Shown: positions 25,222 to 33,592, numbered from the stretch's first letter. The stretch is DNA of 39,477 nucleotides from Lachnospiraceae bacterium (GCA_017550925.1 JAFZNL010000293.1:1-39477); one strand, 5' to 3'. Notes: a model not told the origin generated them from the sequence alone. Program-made: numbers and translations.

Positions 25222-26445
25222 TTACAGGTTATCAAGACCTGTGTACATAGCGGCCATAGGAGCCATAACCGCACCGATGATAGTTCCGCAGATCGCAGCC
25301 AGGATAATGATCATCAAAGGCTCCAACGCTGCCATCAACGCTTCAGTTGCCGTTTCCACTTCTTCCTCATAATAATCAGCCAGTGTATCCAGCATGCTCT
25401 CGATATTACCGGTTTCCTCACCGATCCTTACCATATGATAAACCATCGGCGGGAACAGTCCGGATCTTTCGAGCGGCTGTGACAGGGGAACACCCTGCAT
25501 AACGTCTGTTCTTGCATCCCTCATGGATTCCTGATAAAACTTATTTCCCATTGTCTCGGCTACGATTTCCACTGCCTCCGGCATCGAGATGCCTGCTGCC
25601 AGCATGGTGGAAAGGTTCCTTGCAAATTTCGCAGAGTTCTGCTTGGTTGTCAGGTCTGCAAGAAGCGGGATCTTGATCGCTGCCCTCGCGATCAGTCTCT
25701 CACCTGTCGCCGTCTTGCTGAAATATCTGATACCGATCACCAATACGATCAGTACAGCAAGCAAGATATACCATCTTGACTTTACAAAGTTCGATGCCGC
25801 CACAACTGCCAGCGTGATCTTCGGCATGTCAATTTCCATATCCGCGAACATATCCATGAAAGTCGGCACGATGTAGGTCAGCATGACGATAACGACCACG
25901 ACTGCCACGATCATAACCATGATGGGATATACCATTGCTTTTTTGATCAATCCCTGGATCTTGGCGGATTTTTCAAACTGAACTGCCATACGCTCAAACG
26001 CGATATCCAATGAACCTGAAGCTTCACCTGCTTCTACCATGTGGATCAGCAGTTTCGGGAATACGTCCGGCCTCTGTGCCATGGAACCGGCAAGGGATTC
26101 ACCCTTCTGCACTCCGAGGTAGCAGTCTTCCAAACCGCTCTTCAGCGTCGGGTTTTCTGTCTGTTCTGTCAACATCCTCATGGATTCAAGGATTGTGACA
26201 CCGGCACGGTGCATACTTACGAACTGCCTGCAGAACAGGGACATGTCGCGCACGGGAACTTTCTTTTTAAAGAGGCTTCCCATATCCAGGTCTTTGTCCA
26301 GGATACCCGCTTCCCTTACTTCAGTCGGCGTCAACCCCTGGCGCTTGAGCGCGTCCGATGCCTTCTGCAGGGAATCGGCTTCAATGGTGCCGTTTGAACT
26401 CTTTCCCGTTTTCTGGTCTACCGCGGTATACTTAAATGTTGCCAA
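25222..26445 (-). CDS. pilC: type IV pilus platform protein PilC (GspF family)
   Basis: 407 aa with a TTG start and AGGAGGG 7 nt upstream. It shows the duplicated GspF-type organisation: MATFKYTAVDQKTGKSSNGTIEADS..., two cytoplasmic domains each followed by TM segments, and the typical C-terminus EPLMIIILAAICGTIIGAVMAPMAAMY. Confidence 0.92.
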   Translation of the reverse strand: MATFKYTAVDQKTGKSSNGTIEADSLQKASDALKRQGLTPTEVREAGILDKDLDMGSLFKKKVPVRDMSLFCRQFVSMHRAGVTILESMRMLTEQTENPTLKSGLEDCYLGVQKGESLAGSMAQRPDVFPKLLIHMVEAGEASGSLDIAFERMAVQFEKSAKIQGLIKKAMVYPIMVMIVAVVVVIVMLTYIVPTFMDMFADMEIDMPKITLAVVAASNFVKSRWYILLAVLIVLVIGIRYFSKTATGERLIARAAIKIPLLADLTTKQNSAKFARNLSTMLAAGISMPEAVEIVAETMGNKFYQESMRDARTDVMQGVPLSQPLERSGLFPPMVYHMVRIGEETGNIESMLDTLADYYEEEVETATEALMAALEPLMIIILAAICGTIIGAVMAPMAAMYTGLDNL

Positions 26446-26491
26446 CTTGCTGCCCTCCTGATTCTTTCATTCTTCCTCATATCTTATATCG

Positions 26492-28243
26492 TCAAGCTTC
26501 AAACGATACTTTAATCATCTCACTGACAGATGTGATTCCCTCCATGACATACCGGGTTGCGCTCATTCTCAAAGTGCTCATCCCCTGTGTCAAAGCCACA
26601 TCTTTGATTTGGTCCGCGTCGCCGCCCTTAGCGATGATCCTCTTTACCTCGTTGGACACTTCCATGATCTCGTATGTACCGATACGCCCTCTGTATCCGC
26701 TGTTATCACAGTTTGAACATCCAACCGGTTCGTAAATCTCCACTTCCTCGCCGGGCTGCTTGCCGAGAAGTTCGAGTTCATCCTCATCCGCCAGGCGTTT
26801 GCGCTTACATTTCGGGCAAAGCCTTCTGACAAGTCGCTGTGCGATGATACCCACAACGGAATCGGCAATCAGATAAGGTTCAATTCCCATATCTTCCAAA
26901 CGGGATACTGTACTTGCCGCCGAGTTAGTATGCAGGGTACTTACCACCAAGTGGCCCGTAATCGATGCCTGTACCGCAATGGATGCCGTTTCCGTATCAC
27001 GGATCTCACCGATCATGATAATGTCCGGGTCCTGACGGAGAATGGAACGGAGCGCCGACGCAAAGGTCAACCCCGCTTTTACGTTGGTTTGTACCTGATT
27101 GATACCAGCTACGTTAGCCTCGACAGGGTCTTCTACTGTGATGATATTGACATCTTCGGTATTCAACTCGGAAAGTGCCGTATATAGGGTTGTGGACTTT
27201 CCGGAACCGGTAGGCCCCGTAACCAGGATAATTCCGTGCGGGTTCTTTAATATATGGGTAAATACTTTACGTTCTTCATCATTAAATCCGAGTTCCGAAA
27301 TATCCCTGGTCAAGTTTCCTTTGTTCGTGATACGCATTACGGTCTTTTCACCGTATACGGTGGGAAGGATGGAAACACGGATATCATATTCTCTGTTATC
27401 TACGAAGGTTGTGATACGACCGTCCTGGGGTTTTCTCTTTTCGGAGATATCCATTCCGCCGACAACCTTCAGACGGGCTACGATAGCGGGAAGCAACTTA
27501 ATATTATAGGTAGCTCTTTCAAAGAGCGCCCCGTCGATCCTGTATCTGACGCGGACGGATTTCTCAAGCGCTTCAATATGGATATCGGAAGTTCTCTGGC
27601 GTACCGCCTGCTCCAACATGGAATTCACCAGCTGTACGATGGGGGAGTTGTTGACATCGTCGTTTACCATCTTGTCGATGTCTTCCTCTGCAAAGAGGTC
27701 TGCTCTCTCCGCCTCGTAATCCTTTGCTGCCTTGGAGGCTTCGGCGTTACCGTAATATTTGTCGATCGCCAGCATGATCTCGCTGGGCGTTGCGACCACC
27801 GGCTGGATCATACGGTTACATACCATCGAAAGGTCGTCTACCGCGAGCAGGTCCATGGGGTCCGCCATAGCCATCAGGATGATATTGATGTTTCTGTCGT
27901 CATAGGAATAAGGGATGGCGGTGTACTTTTTTAATATATCGATGTCGAACATCGCGATCAGGTCGCTCGGTATGCTCACATCTGACATATTTGCCCTGTC
28001 ATATCCCAGCTGGCGGCTCAGTGCGTTTGCCATTGCATCGTCGGTGATGAATCCATCCTCGATCAGCACCTCGCCAAGCCTCTTCTTTTTCTGCTGCTGG
28101 ATCGCTAAAGCTTCGTCTAACTTCTCCTGGGTGATGACGCCTTCATTTAAGAGCACATCACCGATCCTCAGTTTCCTTCTTCCGGCTAAACTCATCCGCT
28201 TTTCCCTGCCGTTTCCTTGCTTTTTTCCCGATTCTAAGCACAC
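26492..28243 (-). CDS. pilB: type IV pilus assembly ATPase PilB (GspE family) with an MshEN-type N-terminal domain
   Basis: Walker A GPTGSGKSTTLYTAL, Walker B DPDIIMIGEIRD, His box TGHLVVSTLHTN and tetra-Cys CPKCKRK...CSNCDNSGYRGR. The start is either GTG 28243 (AGGA 4 nt upstream) or ATG 28195 (MSLAGRRKL...). Confidence 0.95.
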   Translation of the reverse strand: MCLESGKKQGNGREKRMSLAGRRKLRIGDVLLNEGVITQEKLDEALAIQQQKKKRLGEVLIEDGFITDDAMANALSRQLGYDRANMSDVSIPSDLIAMFDIDILKKYTAIPYSYDDRNINIILMAMADPMDLLAVDDLSMVCNRMIQPVVATPSEIMLAIDKYYGNAEASKAAKDYEAERADLFAEEDIDKMVNDDVNNSPIVQLVNSMLEQAVRQRTSDIHIEALEKSVRVRYRIDGALFERATYNIKLLPAIVARLKVVGGMDISEKRKPQDGRITTFVDNREYDIRVSILPTVYGEKTVMRITNKGNLTRDISELGFNDEERKVFTHILKNPHGIILVTGPTGSGKSTTLYTALSELNTEDVNIITVEDPVEANVAGINQVQTNVKAGLTFASALRSILRQDPDIIMIGEIRDTETASIAVQASITGHLVVSTLHTNSAASTVSRLEDMGIEPYLIADSVVGIIAQRLVRRLCPKCKRKRLADEDELELLGKQPGEEVEIYEPVGCSNCDNSGYRGRIGTYEIMEVSNEVKRIIAKGGDADQIKDVALTQGMSTLRMSATRYVMEGITSVSEMIKVSFEA

Positions 28244-28335
28244 TATTCCTAAGAAATAGCTACTTGTGAAAATAATCTTAACAACATTTGAAGAAAATGT
28301 AAACCCTTATCTGTAAAAAAACGCCATTATATCGC

Positions 28336-28363
28336 ATAATATTTCTCTTCCTGTTTTGTGCAA
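28336..28363 (-). promoter_or_regulatory. candidate sigma-A promoter of the pilus operon
   Basis: On the minus strand, TTGCAC (28363-28358), a 16-nt spacer, then TATTAT (28341-28336), in a 355-nt AT-rich divergent intergenic region. Pattern match only. Confidence 0.3.
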
Positions 28364-28372
28364 CATGCACAA
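28356..28372. promoter_or_regulatory. perfect 7-3-7 palindrome (candidate operator)
   Basis: TTGTGCA-ACA-TGCACAA. It overlaps the putative -35 of the pilB promoter. Confidence 0.4.
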
Positions 28373-28474
28373 TTTTAGAGGCGTTTTATTTATATTTTAG
28401 ATAGATTTTACATTTTTAAGAATGCCTTCAAGCATACTTAATAGAAACTTCTTCTTTCTCCGGACCTGTTTCTT

Positions 28475-28483
28475 TGCTATAAT
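28475..28483 (+). promoter_or_regulatory. extended -10 element TGCTATAAT upstream of the first YfhO-like gene
   Basis: TGCTATAAT lies 116 nt upstream of ATG 28599. The same 9-mer, in a similar context, is found upstream of the second gene. Confidence 0.35.
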
Positions 28484-28598
28484 ACGTAATAATCTGATAG
28501 ACCAGCCGGGATTTCCATTATAATTCGAGTGATAGTGTAAAGTACGATATGAAAATCCGGAGATGATATACTTGTGATCAGTTTACGGAGCACCTCCT

Positions 28599-31500
28599 AT
28601 GAAACAGCCTGCAGCCAGCCCCCACACAAAACAAAAACAGAACGCTTCCGGAAAAAAGGATTTTTCCGTACAGCCCGGCATTCGGTTTTATTATGTCTTC
28701 TCTTTTCTGTTTCCGGTTTGCATGCTGATGATCATCTTCTATATGAAAGGAATCCTCCCTTTCGGAAACAACAGTCTGTTTATCGGTACCACGGCAGAAA
28801 AGGCTTTCTCTGTTTTACATGATTACGTCCGTCTCGTACAGAGCGGCCAATTCTCGCTCCTGCATCCGGCAGGACTGGCCGGCATGGATTTCGGCGATGC
28901 CTTCTGGCTTTACCTGTCAAGCCCCTTTACCCTGGTTCTCGGTTTTTTCACGCCTGACACTGCCTTCCGCGGACTTTCCGTCCTGACAGTTTTACGTCTT
29001 GGCTTCGCAGGACTTTGCATGGCACATTATCTGTATCGCCGCGCCGGCCAGGAGCATTTCGCAAAGCAGGGATATCTGCTGATGCTGTTTTCTGTCTCCT
29101 ATCCCCTGTCAGGTGCACTTCTTACTGCACAAACCGATTATCGCTTTCTGGACTGTTTCATGCTGCTGCCTCTCCTCATGCTGCTTTATGAGGGTCTCAT
29201 CTGTAAACAGCAAAAAAAGGGACTGATCATCCTTTTGACGGTCCTGCTGATCGATAACTGTTATATCGGAACGGTCTGCGCCGTCATCCTGGTCCTGGAT
29301 TACTGCATTATTAAAAGGGCCCTTCTTGCGCAATCGGAAAAGAAAAACACTTCGCTGTCCCTTCTATCTTCGGTGGCGATTTCACTTCTGCTGTCATCCG
29401 TCTCCGTCATTCCGGGGGTTCTTTCCTTTTATAAGAATATCCTCAGCCATACGGCATGGCCCGGAACAGACCCGGCGCATGCCTGGAGCAGCATCCCGGG
29501 CCGTTTCCTGCCATTTTGCGACCAGTCCTTCTTATCCGCAGGCAGCAGCGGACTAAACCTTTACTGCGGCATACTGCCCCTGATCTTTTTTCTCCTGTAT
29601 TTTGTCTGCAAGAAAAAAAACACAGGCACGGAAAACAATGGCTTTGCGCGTTTCCGGACTGCCTGTTTTCTCTTACTGCTCATCACGGTCAGCAATATCC
29701 CCGCCCTCGGCAGGGCGTTTGCACTCCGTTCAGATTACACGGATACTTTCGCCCCCCTGTCCTTCATCATCATATTTTATATCATCAGCAAAGGCGCCGA
29801 GGCAACGAATTCCCTGAAGTCAATCCGTCTTGCGGCTTTTATCCCGGTTGCTCTCCTTCCGTGCATGTATTTCATTTATTCGCTGGCAGTCACCGGAGAT
29901 TTCAAACGTTCTTCCCTTACATCCCTGACCGTATGCCTCATCCTGCATACGCTGTTCGTCCTGGCCCTGCGGATCAAGCCGGTCAGGCCGGACCTTCTCG
30001 AGCTTTTCATTCTGCTCCTCTTTCTCGGAGAACTGTTTTTAAATACAGAGCATATCCTGTTTCAATGTCAAAATTATACGGACTATTACTCCGAACAGCT
30101 CGAGACTTTGAAAAGCCCGGATCAGGATCTCCTCGATCCGCTGTCGGATTTCGGTCTCTCACTTCCCGTTCCTTCCGAGGACCTGCAGCTTAGAGTCCCT
30201 GCATTTTGCCTCCTTCCCGGAGAATACAAAAATCCGCAGGAAGGCAGTTTCGAATATGAAACCATCAACCGCATCGCACGCTCCCTTTCCTCCGCGAGCG
30301 ATCTGCTGACCCGCGAAAAAGCTGATATTTCCATCCCTTCCACGGATAAAGTCCGGGTAAAAGAATCCGGCGATGATTTCTTTACCGTATTTTGTCCCAA
30401 CTCTGAAAAGGACGTCTTCTATATCGGCGCATCCGTCGTCCCCGAGGAAACCGGCCATTTCATTTTATATACAGACCATCCGGAATACATCGGAGAAACA
30501 GCCGGCGGACAGGAACTCGTGCGCGGAATAAGGCTGAACCGCTACGGAAATAACCGGATCGTTTTTCCTTCCATCTGCTGCCGCCTGCATACAGATGCTT
30601 TGGAAGAACTGATCTCTTCACTCAGCAATATGGCGATCACGTCCCCCCAGGCAGCCCTTTTCGGATATCAGATCGCCATACCGGACAACCGGTCACAAGA
30701 AACCACCTCCCTCATCGTTCCGGTTTCTGAAAAGCAGTGCAGCATCCGGATCGGCAATGACCGCGCCACAACAGTTCCCGGCCCTGATCATTCCGCCGTG
30801 GTATCCGTCCCTTCCGGCGCGCAGACTGTGACCGTTCGGAAAAATATGCGGATCCCTTCCTTCGCCATCCTTTTATCACTGGCCGTCATGGCCTGCTGCC
30901 TGATATCACGGCAAAAAAAGATCCGCCTGACAATGATCAAAAATGCCGCACAAACTCTTATCGATCATTTAACCGCCCATCGCGGCCTGATCCTTTCGTT
31001 TGTGCTGCCGCTTAGCATGCTTTCCGTCGCCTGCATCTGCTGTGGTGACATGCCCTTCGGGGACCGGTTCTTTTTCAAGGGAGACGGATGCGGAGAAACG
31101 ATCCCGGCCCTCTTCCAATACAAAGCCGGCCTCGAAAACCGAAGCCTTCTCTACAGCCTTCTCATCGGCGGCGGCAGCAATTTATTCTACAGCAGGCCCA
31201 ATGCCCTTGCTTTTTTGTGGACGCTCCTTCCTTCGAACGCACACCTGATCAGCTTTGCCTCGATCATCCTCATGATCAAGATCAGCCTGTGCGGCACGGC
31301 CATGCATGTATATCTCACCCACCGCTCTTTCGGGAAGCGCCTTGAAAAAAACGATATTTTTACGCTTGTGCTCAGCTGCTCCTGGGCGCTTTGCTCCTAC
31401 AGCATCAATTACCGGCATTATCTTCTGTGGACCGATATCCTGTTTCTGTTCCCCCTGCTTCTGATCGCGCAGGAACATATGCTCGCCTCAGAAGAATCCA

Positions 31501-33488
31501 TTCCAAAAAAATCCGTTCCCCAGAAATCGGCCCCCTATGTCCTGCTGCTGTTTTTATGCATCTGGGCAAGCCCCATGCTTTCCATTTACATTTGCCTGTT
31601 TCTGCTTCTCCGGTTTTTTACCTTTCAGCACGGGTCAGCCAAAAGACTTCTTCGGAATCTGACCTGGTTCGGCCTTGCTTCCGTTCTTTCTGCCGGAATG
31701 GCCTTTCGTGTCTTATATGTCAATCTCCTTTCAAGGAGCGTCGGCGCATACCAGTACCGCGACAATGTCAAACCGAGCCTGTTTGTATTCTATCAAAGTT
31801 ATTTAAAATCCCTGCGTCAGCTGTTTCTTTTGCCTGATGCTGTATCCATCACCACGGAAAACGGTGCGATCAATCTGTATTTCGGCGTCTTTTTGTTTAC
31901 GCTTGCCCTCACCGCGGTGATCACGCAGAAAAAAAACGCTTACAGGATCTTCCGGCTTTCATGCATTGCCTTTCTTTTCTTTGCGAGCAACAACGATCTT
32001 CTCAGTTATCTCCTGAACGGCATGCATTATCAGGTCAAAGTACCGAACCGATATTCCTTTATAATGATCTTCCTGCTTCTTGACCTTGCCGCCAATGCGC
32101 CGGAGTGTATTACCTACCTTTCCAAAAAGAAACTGGTGCTCACGATATCTGTCCTTGCAGGCATTTTTCTCTTATCGTCATTCTCCGGCACGCCCCCCAT
32201 TCCCATCGAGGCCTTTTTCCTTTCATTGGCCTGCATTGTAATTTCCGTCCTGTTGATCCGGGCCGGTCGGCATGCTGCTGATTCCGGCAGATCAGGCATC
32301 CGGGGACTTTTCTGCTTTTTCTGCTGCTTAGAGCTTCTTTTTCAATGCACGTATTTTCTCATGGAAGAGTCGCCCGGAGACGGTCTCTCCATTCCGGACA
32401 CCATGTCAGCCACCGAATTCTTACAGCAGCAGGCCGGCATTGATAACTCCTTTACGCGGGTAAACTTTTATACGATCCCCTGCTACAACCTGAATATGGT
32501 CAACCGTGTTTCGAGCATCAACGAGTTTGACAGTTTTATCACAGAAAACCAGTATAACTATGCAGCTTCCCTCGGCCTGTACGCAACGCCGAACCTGATC
32601 TACTCTCCGACAGTGGGCAATCCGTTTATCAATGCCGTCACCGATACGCGCTATTTTCTTGTCAATTCCCAAACGGAAGCCGGGGACCATGATTTTTCAA
32701 ACCTGCAGCTGATCGGGCAGCGGAATTCATACTATTTTCTGGAAAATGACCGCTGCCTTTCTGCCGGCTTTTTCATTCCTTCTGACACACTTCAGCGGCA
32801 GGATGATATCACCAGCGCTTACACCCTATCCAACGTCATCTGCTCCGCTTTCAACGGCAGCCGTCCCATTTACACTGACACGATCGAGTTATCAGACAAA
32901 AGCACCCCTTCCTCAGAAACGGCCGCCCCTTCCGATAACTACTACATCTCCACGCGGGAAACAGACGGCGAATGGTATGAAACCAAGCTCCACTTTACGC
33001 CCACAAAAAGCGGCCACTGGTATTTGAAGACTCTCTGTTTCTATGATATCGGAACCCTTGAAAAAGATGCGCCCTGCGAAATCACGATCCGGACCAGGAC
33101 AAAAGACAACATGACCGTCACCTGCTTTGATGAGGATGCCTTTTCCGCTTTCTATGAAAATGCATCGCAGCATGTCCTGTCCATAACTGATTGCAACGAC
33201 AGTTCCCTGTCAGGTTCCATTACCTGCCCGGACGACGGCGGCATCCTGCTTTCCATCCCCTACGACGACGGATGGCAGGTTTCCCTTGACGGCATATCCG
33301 TCCGGGCTCAGCAATTTGTCAATGGTGCTATGATGATCCCCGTTACCAAAGGAACACACACACTGTCCATGACTTTTCGCCCGATTGGCCTTACCGAATC
33401 CATGATCGTCACCGGTTTGTTCTGGATGGCTTTCCTGATATGGATGACAGCCGGTTTCTTTCTTCGCAAAAAGAGACAAGCCCCATAA
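28599..33488 (+). CDS. 1629-aa polytopic membrane protein made of two tandem YfhO-family (GT-C-like) modules
   Basis: Module 1 covers about 28599-30930 and module 2 covers 30933-33488. Each module has a YfhO-like N-terminus (TM1, then a PFG motif: GILPFGNNSLF and GDMPFGDRFFF), many TMs and an extracytoplasmic beta-rich domain. Each ends with the typical motif plus anchor TM: VVSVPSGAQTVTVRKNMRIPSFAILLSLAVMACCLI for module 1 and LLSIPYDDGWQVSLDGISVRAQQFVNGAMMIPVTKGTHTLSMTFRPIGL plus TM for module 2. Confidence 0.8.
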   Translation: MKQPAASPHTKQKQNASGKKDFSVQPGIRFYYVFSFLFPVCMLMIIFYMKGILPFGNNSLFIGTTAEKAFSVLHDYVRLVQSGQFSLLHPAGLAGMDFGDAFWLYLSSPFTLVLGFFTPDTAFRGLSVLTVLRLGFAGLCMAHYLYRRAGQEHFAKQGYLLMLFSVSYPLSGALLTAQTDYRFLDCFMLLPLLMLLYEGLICKQQKKGLIILLTVLLIDNCYIGTVCAVILVLDYCIIKRALLAQSEKKNTSLSLLSSVAISLLLSSVSVIPGVLSFYKNILSHTAWPGTDPAHAWSSIPGRFLPFCDQSFLSAGSSGLNLYCGILPLIFFLLYFVCKKKNTGTENNGFARFRTACFLLLLITVSNIPALGRAFALRSDYTDTFAPLSFIIIFYIISKGAEATNSLKSIRLAAFIPVALLPCMYFIYSLAVTGDFKRSSLTSLTVCLILHTLFVLALRIKPVRPDLLELFILLLFLGELFLNTEHILFQCQNYTDYYSEQLETLKSPDQDLLDPLSDFGLSLPVPSEDLQLRVPAFCLLPGEYKNPQEGSFEYETINRIARSLSSASDLLTREKADISIPSTDKVRVKESGDDFFTVFCPNSEKDVFYIGASVVPEETGHFILYTDHPEYIGETAGGQELVRGIRLNRYGNNRIVFPSICCRLHTDALEELISSLSNMAITSPQAALFGYQIAIPDNRSQETTSLIVPVSEKQCSIRIGNDRATTVPGPDHSAVVSVPSGAQTVTVRKNMRIPSFAILLSLAVMACCLISRQKKIRLTMIKNAAQTLIDHLTAHRGLILSFVLPLSMLSVACICCGDMPFGDRFFFKGDGCGETIPALFQYKAGLENRSLLYSLLIGGGSNLFYSRPNALAFLWTLLPSNAHLISFASIILMIKISLCGTAMHVYLTHRSFGKRLEKNDIFTLVLSCSWALCSYSINYRHYLLWTDILFLFPLLLIAQEHMLASEESIPKKSVPQKSAPYVLLLFLCIWASPMLSIYICLFLLLRFFTFQHGSAKRLLRNLTWFGLASVLSAGMAFRVLYVNLLSRSVGAYQYRDNVKPSLFVFYQSYLKSLRQLFLLPDAVSITTENGAINLYFGVFLFTLALTAVITQKKNAYRIFRLSCIAFLFFASNNDLLSYLLNGMHYQVKVPNRYSFIMIFLLLDLAANAPECITYLSKKKLVLTISVLAGIFLLSSFSGTPPIPIEAFFLSLACIVISVLLIRAGRHAADSGRSGIRGLFCFFCCLELLFQCTYFLMEESPGDGLSIPDTMSATEFLQQQAGIDNSFTRVNFYTIPCYNLNMVNRVSSINEFDSFITENQYNYAASLGLYATPNLIYSPTVGNPFINAVTDTRYFLVNSQTEAGDHDFSNLQLIGQRNSYYFLENDRCLSAGFFIPSDTLQRQDDITSAYTLSNVICSAFNGSRPIYTDTIELSDKSTPSSETAAPSDNYYISTRETDGEWYETKLHFTPTKSGHWYLKTLCFYDIGTLEKDAPCEITIRTRTKDNMTVTCFDEDAFSAFYENASQHVLSITDCNDSSLSGSITCPDDGGILLSIPYDDGWQVSLDGISVRAQQFVNGAMMIPVTKGTHTLSMTFRPIGLTESMIVTGLFWMAFLIWMTAGFFLRKKRQAP

Positions 33489-33551
33489 GCAGGGCATAAA
33501 ACATCACATATTATCATCATGGCAGATCCGATGGAATTTCCCGTGTATTTC

Positions 33552-33560
33552 TGCTATAAT
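33552..33560 (+). promoter_or_regulatory. extended -10 element TGCTATAAT upstream of the second YfhO-like gene
   Basis: TGCTATAAT lies 33 nt upstream of ATG 33593, which has a GGGAG RBS. Confidence 0.35.
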
Positions 33561-33592
33561 AAGGATTATTATGCAGATCACGGGAGCTGACT

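Noticed and set aside
8245-28243. Alternative reading of the pilus cluster as a competence (ComG) pseudopilus or a mobile or defence island
   Set aside because: The PilM-PilN and PilO homologues, the two abundant-type pilins and the PilK-like protein fit a clostridial T4P cluster rather than comG. No integrase, transposase, recombinase, flanking direct repeats or tRNA were seen, so there is no evidence of mobility. Export of the 1682-aa protein by a T2SS-like mode cannot be excluded and is kept as an alternative in the findings.
28244-28598. Possible c-di-GMP riboswitch upstream of the pilus operon, as found upstream of C. difficile pilA1
   Set aside because: The leader is AT-rich. It lacks the GC-rich paired helices and conserved GGCAAA/ACGCACAGGGC-type segments that I associate with GEMM-I/II riboswitches. 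Only generic promoter-like motifs and inverted repeats are visible. A cmscan would settle it.
29456-30193. Long alternative-frame and antisense ORFs across the YfhO, pilB and giant-protein genes (e.g. 29456..30193, 33578..34189, 37205..37915, 27254..27934, 10480..11163, 9670..10251)
   Set aside because: They are shadow ORFs embedded in much longer ORFs with clear family signatures. They are Arg/Pro/Cys/His-rich, lack RBS motifs and lack any recognisable domain.
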